A stretch of DNA of 64,000 bases, taken from Podarcis muralis (taxonomy: Eukaryota). Every line of letters starts with the position of its first letter. The first letter of the stretch is position 1. Made by a program: the position numbers and the translations under genes. Of this stretch, positions 24,267-37,586 are shown piece after piece. A model generated the notes under the pieces. It was given only the letters and a program-made list of their open reading frames with translations, was not told the DNA's origin and searched no databases. The stretch covers positions 45,322,001 through 45,386,000 of the forward strand of contig NC_135664.1 of NCBI RefSeq assembly GCF_964188315.1. Reading direction: 5' to 3'.

Positions 24267-24277
24267 GTATGTCTATA

Positions 24278-24556
24278 CAGTCGTGCCTCGCAAGACGAAA
24301 TTAATCCGTTCCGCGAGTCTCTTCGTCTTGCGGTTTTTTCGTCTTGCGAAGCACGGCTATTAGCGGCTTAGCGGCTATTAGCGGCTTAGCGACTTTAAGA
24401 AAAAGGAAACAAACTCGCAAGAACTCGCAAGACGTTTCGTCTTGCGAAGCAAGCCCATAGGGAAATTCATCTTGCGGAACGACTCAAAAAACGGAAAACC
24501 CTTTCGTCTAGCGAGTTTTTCGTCTTGCGAGGCATTCGTCTGGCGGGGCACCACTC
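24278..24556. mobile_element. Tigger-like MITE built on repeated CGCAAGACGA motifs
   Basis: TA-flanked CAGT termini; near reverse complement of 42670-42948. Confidence 0.88.
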
Positions 24557-25024
24557 TATTTTTATTTGTTGAATGCTGAATAATCTTATAGTCCACATAC
24601 AAAAGCATCTTCTTAGCCATATACAATGTACCATACAGGTAGACTGGTTGTATAACATTAGGGCCAAATTACATGCTACTTTTATGCATAGTTCCTAATG
24701 ATTTATCATCTGGTTGTTATTACCTGTTATTATCCTCACCTCAGATCATGCTTTATATCCCTACATTTCTCATTGTTGGTTTTTTTCCATTCTAACTCCT
24801 TAAATGTAGTTAGTTGATTCTGATCTTGAAATTTTATATGATTTTTATTGAATGTTTTTACATATGATTGTTGTAAAACACTCTGATATTTTTCATGAAT
24901 ACTGCTGTTTTATGAAATACATAAATATTTCTATTAATTTTAAAAACTGCTGTTCCTGGTTTCTGCTCTATAGTTGCTTTTGAGGTTGATGCTTAGATTG
25001 CTAGATATACTAAGCTTGGAAACA

Positions 25025-28000
25025 TCATCTAGGAATGGCACAAATCTGGAAAGGGGCTGGATGAACTGTTAGGGCAAATAATCTTTCAGTCTTGGGCCTT
25101 GGATAGTTCTCAGGAATGTGAAAGGTGAAATGCTGCAGGAGGTTGGTGAAGAAGAGGAAGAGCTCCACTTTGGCCCATTGTTCTCCAGGGCAAGCATGAC
25201 GACCTGTGTAAACAGGATGCATAATACTTTGAGCAGGAGATCAGGAGGAAGGACAGCACAGAACCCTCCCATTCTCTCTCTGAAACTTCAGTTCTAATCA
25301 GCTCATGTTGATTTTGAGCCCCTCCGACCCATGCCTGTGCTTTTCAGGGCTTAAGTCAGTCCATATTCTCCTTGAAATGCTAAGGGGGGAAACTGTTTTA
25401 GTTGTTTGGTGTTAACTTATGGGACACTGAAAAGGGTGTGAAGACGAAAGCAGAGTGGGCAACCTGTGGCCCTTCAGATGTTCTTAAGTTCCTCTTCCCA
25501 TCAGTTGCAGATAACAGGACAGCTTGCAACCTCTCCCCTTATACCTCAGCCATTCCTCTCTTGGATTTACCTAGAGAGAAAGGTAGGAAGGCCTCTCGCT
25601 TGACAAACTGCCCATTTGCATCCAGGAAGTGCTCTGGGTAGAATTCATGTGGCTTCTCCCACATTGTCTCATCCTTTAGCACAGAGGACAGATGATTAAA
25701 GACGACAGTCTCCTAAAATGGCAGAGAAACAAAGATTAGAATCCAATGCTGGCTTTATCTCATAATTCTTTTTCTGAAAATGAAATGCATTATTATATTT
25801 ATTATTATTAAATGTATTATATTTATGAAATTTGTATGCCACCCTTCATCTGGGATCACAGTGCAGTTCACAACATCAAAATATATAAGAAGAACAAACC
25901 AAACCAGTAATCCGACTCTCACAAACACAGTTAAAAGTACATAGAATGTTAATTGCCCAAAGGCCTAGTTAAGGAGAAACATTTTCTCCAGGCACCTATG
26001 TATTTTTCACTCTATAAGACGCACCAGACCACAAGACGCACCTAGTTTTTGGAGGAGGAAAACAAGGGAAAAAATATTCTGAATCTCAGAAGCCAGAACA
26101 GCAAGAGGGATCGCTGCGCAGCGAAAGCAGCAATCCCTCTTGCTGTTCTGGCTTCTGTGATAGCTGTGCAGCCTGCATTCGCTCCATAAGACGCGCACAC
26201 ACTTCCCCTTACATTGCTAGGAGGGGGAAAGTGAGTCTTATAGAGCAAAAAATACGGTAAATATAATGAAGGTGCCTGGTGAGCCTCCCTAGGATGAGCA
26301 TTCCACAAATAAGAAGCCACTGCAGAAAAGGCCCGTTCTTTTTGTTGCCACAGTCTGGACCTCTCATGGAGTAATGTAATCACCACAAGAAATAAAATTG
26401 AGTTTTTATCTAAAGTTTGCTTGGTTTACAAGATCTAATTCTTGTACTCATGAGGTTATCGGTGGGAAATGTTCCTGGCTATGCAGTGAAGAAAATGGAT
26501 TGCTGGATTGACAGGTGGCACTTCAGCTCGGTACCATAATGTCCTCACAGATGGTTGAGCCATATGATCAAGCCAATGAGGGTGACCTGGTGTTGGAGGG
26601 GGAAAGGGCCAGATCAGTGGCAGCTTGGAAACTGAACTGGAAAACCTACTTAATTTGGCTTTTCTTTAGGATGTCCCTATTTTCATCGGGGAAATGTTGG
26701 AGGGTATGGAGTCATGTGATCCCTGAGCCAAGATGAGTAACAATACAACTTTTAGAAGACATCTGAAGGCAGACCTGTATACGGAAGTTTTGAAATGTTT
26801 AATGTTTTTATATATATTGGAAGCTGCCCAGAGTGGCTGGGGCAACCCAGTCAGATGGGTGAGTTATATATAATAAAACTATTATTACTACTATTATTAT
26901 TATTATTATTCCAGCTCAATTGACTTCTGCTACTGTGAGCATCAAGATCTCTCACATGCTTCTTTATAAGTGATCAACCTAGTTCTGATGCAACAGCAAT
27001 GATTTCCTTTTCTACAAGTGTGTTTTTCAGGGTCTGTACCTTAGGAATAATGAACTTGCCGACCTCAGTATCTCTGTGTGTTGTATATGGAGCTGCAACA
27101 GGTAAAATATCAGCACAACGTTGAATTTCATGTATCACAGCACAAGTATAAGGCAGTTTCAACTGATCTTCCATCACAGGTGATCGTACCCTGCCAATCT
27201 CTTCATCAATTTCTTCTTGGACCCTTTCTGGAAATATTAATTTAGGAGTATTAATGCATTGCATATGTATCCTAATCCTTCCAATTCTCCAAGCTGATTG
27301 TAGCATGTTGTTTTTTACGGTTTCAACAGGCTTGGACACTATGAATTTTAACGCTGAGCAGAGATTTGAACTTGAGTCTCCAACTAAAGGTCTGCTGAAT
27401 ATCCTCAAAATAACTCAAATATTGATTCAGTCTTTAGCAGGTGGTAGTTTTATCTGATCCTATGAAATGCTGAAAAACAGCTGAGTTGTATAGTCAGCCT
27501 AGCTTCAATTCCACCACCATTTGTTTTGAGAAAGGTGAAAGATGCAAATAGATCAATAGCAGCATACAAGATAAACCAAACAACACTGTGGGGAGCACTC
27601 TGTAAACTACTTAGAGGTTTTACTTACAAGTAAGTGGTATACAAATGCTGTTAAATAAAAGGGTGGTGTTCAGCTGGGAACAGGAGATGGACCTGACAGT
27701 AAGCAGGTGGGCAGAGATGGAGAGTAGACTAAGCCAGAAAACCTGGCATGGAAAGACATTTTAAGCTCTCTGCCTTGCTTACTGGGCTCTGGGAAACTCC
27801 TGTGTGAGCTGTACAGGCCTTCGTAAGATATTGCAAGATCTGAAACAGAGATCCTGTGCCAGCTTGGAAGATAAGATTTCTCATGTGGCGGTAGTTACCG
27901 GAAGGTTGTTCTGACTATAAGCAATTTCAGCTTTACATGCTACCAACCCAAAACTTATCCCTCATAAAAGACATGATCCTACTGTATTAAGCAAAACAGC

Positions 28001-31000
28001 TTTGTTTTCCAAGTGCTTGGGTTCCAGTTGCTTTGCTTCTACTTTGGTTCATTTTATCATTGCTGTTATTATTTATATACTGATTTCTTAAGCCACTCCT
28101 CCTCCTGATTATTTTTGAATCCAAATCAGATATAAAGCAACTGCACTGCCCATGTAGCTAATTCAGCTCATTCTGCTGGACTGTCATCTAGCCTTCAAAA
28201 AGACAGATATCTCACAGGGTCTTGCATCTCCTCCAATACTGATCACTTACTCTGAACCTCAGGGTGATCAACCATGTTCAACAGTCCCCAGAGCAAGGTG
28301 GAAGAAGCTGTGTCAGTACCAGCCCCAAACAAGTCAAAAATGATATTGATAAGGTTTCGTTCATTAAAACTGTTCTCTGGTTTCCCTTTAGCCTGAAGGA
28401 AATGGAACAAGTTGGTCACTCATGTGGAAAAAGCACAATATTATGTCATGTTTGTGAGAGAAGAGTGTGTACTAATGATCTTTGCCCTTGTTATCAATAG
28501 TCTGCAAGATATGTATCAGACCAAAGTGAAGTGAATAGAGAAAAAGCTGCTCGGTTCCTTGAGAAACAGTGGGAAACTAGACATTTCCAAAAACTAGACA
28601 TGGCTGTTGAAAAACATGGCAGCCCCCACCCTGAAGTAACATCTAAGACAACCTAGCTCTTGTTTTGGCATAATGACACTGAGAAATCACCCCTCACTTC
28701 CCACCCTCCAGTTCCAGAGAAACGACTGCTTAACATCTGCCAAGAGGCCTCATAACTGCATGCGCAAAGACAAGCTTGATTCCTGAGGCCACATATGCCT
28801 TTGTGCATGCATGGCTCAGCATCCAATATTACTAAAAGTCTCTTGGAAAATTAGACCTGAATTGTGCAGGGCTGAATGTCCCACTACATACTGAATTCCA
28901 TCTTCGGTTGTTTGGTGGCAAGCAACACCAGTGCAAGGTCTGAGGGGGCTTTTGGTGAAGTGCCCTTGACTCCCCCTGAGCACCACTCTTGCTGACCCTG
29001 CTGGAAAGTGTGCTGGGTGCAGGGGTGCCAACTTGAATAAAATATGGGGGGGGGGGGACAATTAAGCCCCACCCTGCATAATTGATTTCAAGACACAGCA
29101 AGTGCAGACACCAAGGGCTGGGTTAGGATATCACTCTATCTGTGTGCAAGTCCTGAAAAAGCCCCAGCAGAGAACTCCAAACTGGTGCATGTAGTATCCG
29201 TGGGGCCTGTGTATGGCCACTACACAAGCTGAGGCAGCACATGTAGTAGGGGTTGTTGGAATCAGTCGCCGCCAACCTGCCACCTCCACATGTCTTGAGG
29301 GCTGATGGAAACTGCAGTCCAAAATATCTGGAGGCTGGCAAGTGGGTGAAAGCTGAGTACAGAGAAAGTGAAGCTCCTCCAGCCATGCAGATGGGCAGAA
29401 AGAGAGCGAAGGAGCCCAAAACTGTTTGCAGGTGGAAATGCGACAGAGTGAAGAGACACTTCTAGCAGTCGTTTGTGGAAACTGAGGGTACAGCCTTTGT
29501 GCTTTGTGGGCTTTGCTCTCACCTGAAGGAGTATCTGTTGGCTTCCGGTACGTTCTGCTTCTATATTTGTAAATAAAGCAAACATCACAGGTACTTCAAG
29601 ACGCCAGTGCTCTCAAATTCAAAAGGAAACTATGCCCTACTACTCTGCCCTGAGAACTAACCTCTCAGAAGCAGAAAAAAAACCTTGAAAGCCTAAACGT
29701 TTGAACCATGGCCGCAGACCATTGCTCTGAATCATGCAGCACTGAGATGTGGACTGCAGGGGAAAGAAGGGAGGGCTCTATAATTTTCCTTCCTCCTCAC
29801 AGACGTTTTCTTCCTCTGCTTTCTTACAAAGGAGGGGAGCTGTCTTGCAGTTGTACTGGCATAGTCTAGGTGGCACAAATTCTAAACAAAAGTAATCAAT
29901 CCCAAGGCAGAAGCTACAAAAGAAGCCCCAGAGGTTCTGAGTCCATAAATGTCTCCCCACCTTATCCATCTCATCCAGAAATGCATCAATCAAATCTCTT
30001 GGAAAGGTGGGATCTCTGGTTTTCTTATGTTCATTCACAATCTCTCTTAGGGTAGTGCTAACTTCTTCATAGCGTTTCTGCAGTTCACGATGAGGTCCAG
30101 GAAAACGGGAAAACCAGGATCCCGCAACAATAAGCTGGTGTAGCAGAAATCACAAAAGGAAGAGACATCACATTTTCAGATACAGAAGACATTTCTTAGA
30201 TATTTCACTTGAAGGGAAATTGCATTCTAGTAGGAAGTTCCTAACTAGCTACTTCTTCACGCTTATGTGGCTTCATTCCCATTCCTCCCCCAATTCCTGC
30301 ATTTGGTACATTTAAGGACTCTTGTTTGTTCCTATAGTTCACAATATAATGCCCTCTCCTTAGCCATAATTGGGAGGGGGATGTTAGGATATACAAGGGT
30401 CTCTGGTGATAATTTCAATAGGCAGGCAGGCTAACATAGGAAGGAGAAGGCAGTTCCTTCAAATATCCTGTTCCCAAAACCTAAAGGGCTTCCAAGGTCA
30501 AAGTAGTGGAAGAAGTGCTTCACATTCCCCTGATGCAGAACTTTCTAGTGGAGTCAATCTCAGCGTGTCTGGGTGATGAACACTGAAAGGGAGCCCCAGT
30601 TGCAAATGAAGAATTGGGAGCTCCCTTAAGCTGTTGATTGTTCATTTGCATGATATCACATACGGTAATACATCAGGTGGCAGGCAGGTAGCAATGGCCT
30701 CATGGGCCAATTTGGGTCATGTGCTAGGCTGAATTAGGTTGATGGAGCTTTCTCCGCATCTGTCAAAATACTAGTGGATGCTACTTTCTCCCATTTTATG
30801 TAATCTGATATGTTTATTATTTTGTTTATTATCATTTTGACCTCCTTTTGTTGATGCTTATTAGTAACATATTGGCAATTGTTTTTTTAATTAAAGGAAT
30901 TGTTGTCTTTCTAATTTTCTTTTTAAAGTTGTATTATAAAAGGGTTTATTTTGCCTCTAATATTTTTCACAAACCACCTTTGACTTTGATTGCTTATGTT

Positions 31001-34000
31001 CATGTTTTAATCTTCCTGTATTTGTCTTTAGCTAGTGTTCTTCCCCTATCCCGTTTTCCCCTCAACAATTCCAGATATTTTGAAGGGTAGTCAAGGATGT
31101 GGTACCACACAAAACACACAGGCACAAGTCTTGCCCCTTTCTATGTTGACCCATCAAACCCCAAATTGCTGTTTCCTTTTAATACCCAGACAAACGCATG
31201 ACGGCACCTGGGGCAAATTTCTGGTTACTTCCTTCAAGATCTCCTGAAGCGGATGCATTATTTTCAGGAATTTCTCATCACAGTATTCAAAGCGGCCACC
31301 AAATGTTAGGGTGCAGATTATATTACTAACAGCCCTGTAGATGAGGATTTGTGGATCAAAAGGAGAACCTTGATGGGATGTAAGAACAATGAACAGATTA
31401 GAGGTATGTCATCATATATTGCCCATTTTTCATTCTACAGCCATTGTTTAGGCTGGCCTTCTCCAATTTGGCATCCGCCAAGTATCTTTGGCTTCAACAC
31501 CTATCAGACCCAATCAGCACTGCCAATGGTCAGAAAGGATGGAAGTTGTACAGCAGTTTTTGGAGTGCAGCTGCTTTTCCATAATGTAATCCTATATGGC
31601 TAGGGACTGAGTGTGAGCAGAGCCAATTGTGTGGGTCTTTCCTATGGAACTGGCAGTTCCTATATTGTTGCGCCATTCACAAAGCACAGAAAAGTTCCAT
31701 TAAATATACAAATTAACAAAGATAAAAAGATCCAAAAGGTGTAGCAATCACATGCCACCAAGAACTATTTATTCACCCCTCAAAAAAGTTTTTAATTCCT
31801 GAGATCCTTTGCCACATAACACAGTTGAAGAGCTGTATACCTCACAGCATCTAATCACCCCCACACTCCACCAATCCTTTCTGATAGCAGCCAGAACTGA
31901 GGAGGTCCTAAAAGAGCACTAACCATATTGCTGTCAATACTGGTACATGGAAAAGATTTTGAAGTTCCCCAGATTCAATGGAAGAAGGACCTGACCAATT
32001 TTGTATGGCGGGGGGGGGGGGGAGCCCAGAATTAAATATAAAATCCTTACTGATGACAAAAAGAGAGGAGGCTTTTCGCTACCAGACTTGAAGTTGTATT
32101 ATGAGGCGGCTTGCCTAGTATGGTTGAAGGAAGGGATTGAATTGAAAAACACAGGAATCCTGGACCTAGAAGAATATGATCTAAGGAATGGCTGGCATAG
32201 CTAGCTATACTATGGCAAAACAAAAGCACACAAGGCCTTTTTCAACCATGTAATAAGAAGTCTGTACAATGTATGAAGGAGATACAAAGATCTCCTGGAA
32301 AGAAAAACACCTCTGTGGATATCACCAACAGAAGCAGTGGCTATCAAGAAGATGAATATGGGAGACAAATGGGGAACCTACAGAGATCTGGTGACCATCG
32401 AAGAAGACAAAGTAGGACTTAAAGGAAGAGAAGAAACTTCAGAATTTGTGAGTGACTGGTTTCAATACTTTCAAATTAACAAAATATTTAAAACAAACAA
32501 CCTATTCCTCTTTGCGCCAGCAATGGCAAGGATAGCATACGTGAAAATGTGGAAAGAAAAGGCAAGACTGACAAAAGATTAGTGTCTGTTTAAACTAATA
32601 GAATTTATAGAATCAACCAATATGACAGCTACAATAAGAAATATGGATAAAAAAATAATAATAAGTGAGTGGGAATTACTAGAAAAATATTTTTAAAGAG
32701 TGGAATAATGTTAAATATACAAGCAGGGATAGATTTATGAACATCAGCAAAAAAGGGTAAAAGGAGATACAGTGGTACCTCGGGTTACAGATGCTTCAGG
32801 TTACAGACTCTGCTAACCCAGAAATAGTACCTCGGGTTAAGAACTTTGCTTCAGGATGAGAACAGAAATCGTGCTCTGGCGGCACGGCAGCAGCGGGAGG
32901 CCCCATTAGCTAAAGTGGTGCTTCAGGTTAAGAACAGTTTCAGGTTAAGAACGGACCTCCGGAATGGATTAAGTTCTTAACCCGAGGTACCACTGTACAG
33001 TATATAAAAAAGGGAGGAAAATATAAACCAAGGAGTTGCAGCAAAACCAAATGGAAATTTAGGATGTCAAGGAAAGATAGGCTGGGAAGTCCTCTTATGA
33101 TAGGAAATAACTAGAGATGTTTCATGGCTGTAATAGATAATTACCATTGTATTAGATGTTGTATTAGAGGCTCAAAAGAGCTGATGGTGGGGGAAACTAG
33201 AATAGCACAGTGAAAGAAATGAATGTTTGCAATGGAAAATGCAAAAATGAAGGCAAAAAAAGACATTCAATTTTATCATTTGTTTCTTGAATTGATATTA
33301 TAGCTGTGTATCAAACTACACCTGTCACCCAGCTTACCAATGCCAGGAAGTTTGTGTTTCACCAGCAACTGCATTGCCAAGGGTCAATGGAACCATGGCA
33401 TTTTTATGTATCTCTCTCTGTTCTTCTTGAATTTTCTTTTTGTCTGACCTTAATTCCCTCCCACCACTGTGTGTTTATTTTGTCTGCTCATTTAGCTTTG
33501 CACTCAGTGCATCTCAGAAAGAGGACTCCAATCCTTGAAAGCATATGCCATAATAAATTTTGCATTCTTTATAGTGCTGCAAAATTATTAGTCATCATCT
33601 TACATGCTTCAAAAATGAAATATGAGAAGATATTGAGATGGGAATGAGCTTTATAGAACCCTCTTAGCGTTTTTGCATCAAATGAGATCCCACAGCAGGA
33701 AGAATGTCCCCAACAATGAGATGTACCTTCTTTGGATTTGAACTCAGAGCACAAGTATCCAGCTTCTTCAGACACTCTTTCTTCAAGCCTTGGCTTCCCC
33801 TTCCCAAAGTTCTTGAGGAGGGAGACAAAGAATCGCCTCTGCTCCCTCCAGCCATTGTCGCATGCTGCTACTACTATTCCTGAGGTTTGTAAAATAAAAT
33901 AAACATGCATATAATGTAAAATAATATATTATTTAAAATAAATATTAATTTATATATTATGTAGAATAGGTTCATGACAGTTTACCATTTGTCTAAAGAA

Positions 34001-35415
34001 CTAGTTAATTCTTTGCATTTGTTATTTTTTGTTGTTGTTTCTAAAAATGAAGACTAGTAGTGTCCGCATTAGATTGCTGGCCCATTCTTCTGGCCTTGGG
34101 AGTCCATAGACAACGGCAGAGACTGAACAACATTTGCTGCCTGCCATCTTGTGCTGACAGCCAGCCAGCAGGTAGTAGCTGTCCTGCTCACTTGTATGAT
34201 TAACTTGCAAATAAATCTTCAAACGCTTCTAGTCCACCTTCCTGTCCCTACCTCTGTTAGTTGTTTACAGCTGAGTGAAAGAAGAACAAACTCCTGAAAA
34301 ATCTCCCTGACATGTCACACGAATATGTATCTTCTCCCAGGCAATGGAGTCTTTCATTTACAACCTGAAGTGCCATCCTGGCCCACTTGCTCACTTGCTG
34401 CTTGTTTCTCCTACTCTCCTGATTCATTTCTTCCATCCTTTTTCCATCCTCTCCAAATTCTCCCTTCCTCAGCTACTTTTGTATGTGAGGGGAGATGGGT
34501 CACAATCCTACTGCATATTCAGTCCATCAGGGTATCAGCTACACTCACCTCCACAATTCTTTCCACGGTTTATTAGATTCAGCAGTGGAACTGCTGCTCG
34601 GTCAACAAAGTTCTCTGGGTTTTGTCCCAGGGCCTCCTTTATCGTCTTGAACCCACTCAGGATGACCATATTTCTCCATCCAAACTGCAGAGAGATGACT
34701 GGTCCAAACTTTTTTTCCAGCTTTGATCAATAGGAAGGAAAGGGAGAAAATTATCCAGGGGGAAAGGACAGTAAAAGTAGGGAAGGTATAATGTTGCAGC
34801 ACAATATATATGGGAAAATCCAAAAAGCACAAACTAATTACAAGCTTGAAATGTTTCAGAAAAAATCCATTTCCCCAGAATATGTTGTTATGAGTTTGTT
34901 GGGGGCGGCCAGATCCCCCTAAATTCTTTAATGTAGTAAATGTTACAGTTTAGCCAATTATTTTCAGTATTAAGGGAAAACATCAATGCAGTCCAAAAAT
35001 ACAGGTTATACTGTACTAATTTTCCTGTGGCAGCAGCAACAGCAGTGCTAGCAAAGGCCTTCCCTTCCATCTCTGCCCTCTTTGTAATGCTCTGGGCGGA
35101 GAGGAGGTGGAGAGCCTCACTTGGTGGCTTGGAGGCGGCAGGGGTGGTCAGACACTGGGGTTGCTGTTGTGCACGCTACAGACTGCTTCCATTTGGTTGA
35201 GGAGGAGTGAAAATGCATCATGTAAACAAAGAAACCCTTGAGGACTTTTAAAAATGGTTCATAAAAAGACCAATGTAACAACGCAATGCCAAACTTTAAG
35301 GAAAGTTCTCCTTACTACCGTAATCCCAATTCTCTCAGACTAAAGCCACCACTGTAATGCTATTAGTGTCCTGGGCAGGCCATTGAACATTGGTAGCAGG
35401 GTTGTGTCAAAAATT

Positions 35416-35471
<56 letters not shown>

Positions 35472-35920
35472 TTGACAATCTGCATCAATTAATGAGAACA
35501 AAAACTGTAGCTGAATATTGTGCAATATTATGGAAGGGGTCGGCATTCTAGTACAGCCACTACCTGCCCTGTAGCCTTAGGCTGAAGAACAGGTAATAAC
35601 TAGCTGGCTAACTAATTAAATAATACTAAGAGCTTGGCTAATGCAATCATTCAGTAACATGCAGTGTCCTCAGAGATGGTGCAGCCAGTACTTACATCTT
35701 GAACAGATTTATGTGGGTTCTTTACATCTAGCAGTAGCAAGTTCCCAATGAAAGGCAGAGGGGTGGGTCCTGGTGGCCAGCGGCTGCTTCTCTTCCTCCG
35801 CTTGACATAATCAAGCAGCAGAGCAAGTAGTACGAGAGACAAGGCCAGAGCTGGGAGGTTGTTGTGGCAGCAGGAGAGTTGGCTCCCCAGCCAAGAGATG
35901 GAAGCCGCGATCCCAGCCAT
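25025..35920 (-). CDS. CYP2D: Cytochrome P450 CYP2D-like (CYP-C), 9 exons, 511 aa: 35920-35696, 34720-34549, 33879-33727, 31368-31208, 30134-29961, 28392-28251, 27227-27040, 25712-25571, 25203-25025
   Basis: Same exon sizes and phases as CYP-B, all GT-AG, no stops when spliced. Motifs: [27 protein letters not shown]. Confidence 0.94.
25790..26375 (-). mobile_element. L2-like LINE 3' end with a nested Tc2-like MITE (25999-26257)
   Basis: L2-type tail sequence split at a TA by an element with TIR GTATTTTT-CTCTATAAGAC. Confidence 0.6.
26725..26910 (+). mobile_element. L2-like LINE 3' tail
   Basis: ...GCTGCCCAGAGTGGCTGGGGCAACCCAGTCAGATGGG...(TTA)n; related tails on the opposite strand at about 1620-1715 and 60940-61140. 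Confidence 0.6.
31985..33170 (+). mobile_element. L1-clade LINE ORF2 3' fragment in CYP-C intron 3
   Basis: Encodes [21 protein letters not shown] and WFQYFQI remnants; absent from the CYP-B intron. Confidence 0.8.
32770..32995. mobile_element. Tigger-like MITE nested in L1
   Basis: TA|CAGTGGTACCTCGGGTT...AACCCGAGGTACCACTG|TA. Confidence 0.9.
35419..35471. repeat. (CT)n(GT)n compound microsatellite
   Basis: Direct reading. Confidence 0.97.
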
Positions 35921-36759
35921 TCCCTCCGCTTTCTCTCTCCCCAACTCTTGCTCTGCAGACTGGCGGTGTTCTTGCCTCTGGTTTCTCTAATTCTCATTTG
36001 TTCTTTTTTATTTATTCTCTGCTTTGAATCACTATAGGAACATGATGTGCCACTATTAATAGGGTTATCTTAAAAGGTATACAAGGGCTTTAATACTGTA
36101 AATGAGCAATTGCACAAGGTCTGAAAGTCCAGTGTACAAGTGAAAAGTTCAGCTAATCGAATTGAACCTTCGTAGATCAGATAAGGAAGGCCTTCACATG
36201 ATAGAAAGTTGAATTTAGGTAAGTCATTGAACCTAGTAGAGAATCCTCTGCTGAGGGTTATACAGCTCTGATAGATGGTTTGGAAAACGATCACTTTCAG
36301 AGAGATATGGAATACAAGGATGGTCTTGGATTCTGGTCAAGGATAAGAGATACATGGATCAACCACCTTCCACTATGTGACCAGCTGAGTGCGTAAGCCC
36401 CTCCTTTTCGGTTTTCCTTTCTGCCGTGCTCCAATAGGCAGTACTTCAATGGAGTTTTGCCGTCTTTTATAATGGCATTTTTGGCATCCACCAAACTTTT
36501 ATTTGACTATTTCTTCTTTATTATTATTATTAATGAATTTTCCATTGTTTGGTACATACATTCTATGAATATCTTTATTTGTCTCATAACTCGCAACTTC
36601 CCCATCAGTCCCTCCATGGCCTCTGATTTATTCCTTATTATGCTGCATATCCTCTTACACCACCCATTATCAACCTACCCATTATCCTATTTGCTGCTTA
36701 CAGCTCTCACATGGTCATTCTTACTTGAAAGTTTATTTATACCTCTTTAGATACTCTCC

Positions 36760-37130
36760 AGTGTTTCCACTACATCCTTATTTTTGTCTCTTCTTGATAT
36801 CTTATTTTTGCTGTCATCGTAGCTAGCTCCACATACTCTATTTAAACTGCCACTCTTCTTTTGCTGGGGTTTCTTTCTCTTTCCATATTTGTGCATATAT
36901 GATTCCTGCAGTGGTGGTTGCATAGAGGAAGAGACAAAGTACCTTCTGGGGAATTTCACCATTCGTTATTCTTAATAGGAAGGCCTCTGGTGTTTTTTTT
37001 TTGGGGGGGGGGGTAATCCTTAAAATATTTTTAGTTCTATGTAAATAATTTCCCATACTTTTTGGCCTGCTTACACAACCACCATGTGTGAAAGAAGGTG
37101 CCCTCTATCGTTTGGCATTTCCAGCATAAT
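36760..37130 (-). mobile_element. L1-clade LINE 3' fragment
   Basis: Encodes TPEAFLLRI...LFLYATTTAG. Limits approximate. Confidence 0.7.
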
Positions 37131-37246
37131 TTGGATCCTTTTAAAAAACATATTTAAGAGTTTGCTTGGAGTCAAATACCATCTATACATCATCTATAGA
37201 TTTTCCTTTAGTGTGTAGCAGGCAGAGAAGTTCATTGTTATACATA

Positions 37247-37586
37247 GTAAAGGTAAAGGGACCCCTGACCATTAGGTCCAGTCGTGGCCGACTCTGGGGT
37301 TGCGGCGCTCATCTCACTTTATTGGCCAAGGGAGCCAGCGTACAGCTTCCGGGTCATGTGGCCAGCATGACTAAGCCGCTTCTGGCAAACCAGAGCAGCA
37401 CACAGAAACGCCGTTTACCTTCCCGCTGGAGCGGTACCTATTAATCTACTTGCACTTTGACGTGCTTTCGAACTGCTAGGTTGGCAGGAGCTGGGACCGA
37501 GCAACAGGAGCTCACTCCGTTGCAGGGATTCGAACCACCAACCTTCCGATCGGCAAGCCCTAGGCTCTGTGGTTTAACCCACAGCG
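37247..37586 (-). mobile_element. Sauria SINE, slightly 5'-truncated, TSD (G)TTATACATA
   Basis: Same body as the other copies; flanking direct repeat at 37237-37246 and 37586-37595. Confidence 0.92.

Noticed and set aside
22471-24556. Short repeated motifs with spacers that superficially resemble a CRISPR array
   Set aside because: Eukaryotic DNA; the repeats are MITE subterminal motifs bounded by TIRs and TA duplications.
29190-29605. LTR-like stretch ending AATAAAGCAAACATCACA in CYP-C intron 5
   Set aside because: No convincing TSD or terminal inverted repeat; left unannotated.
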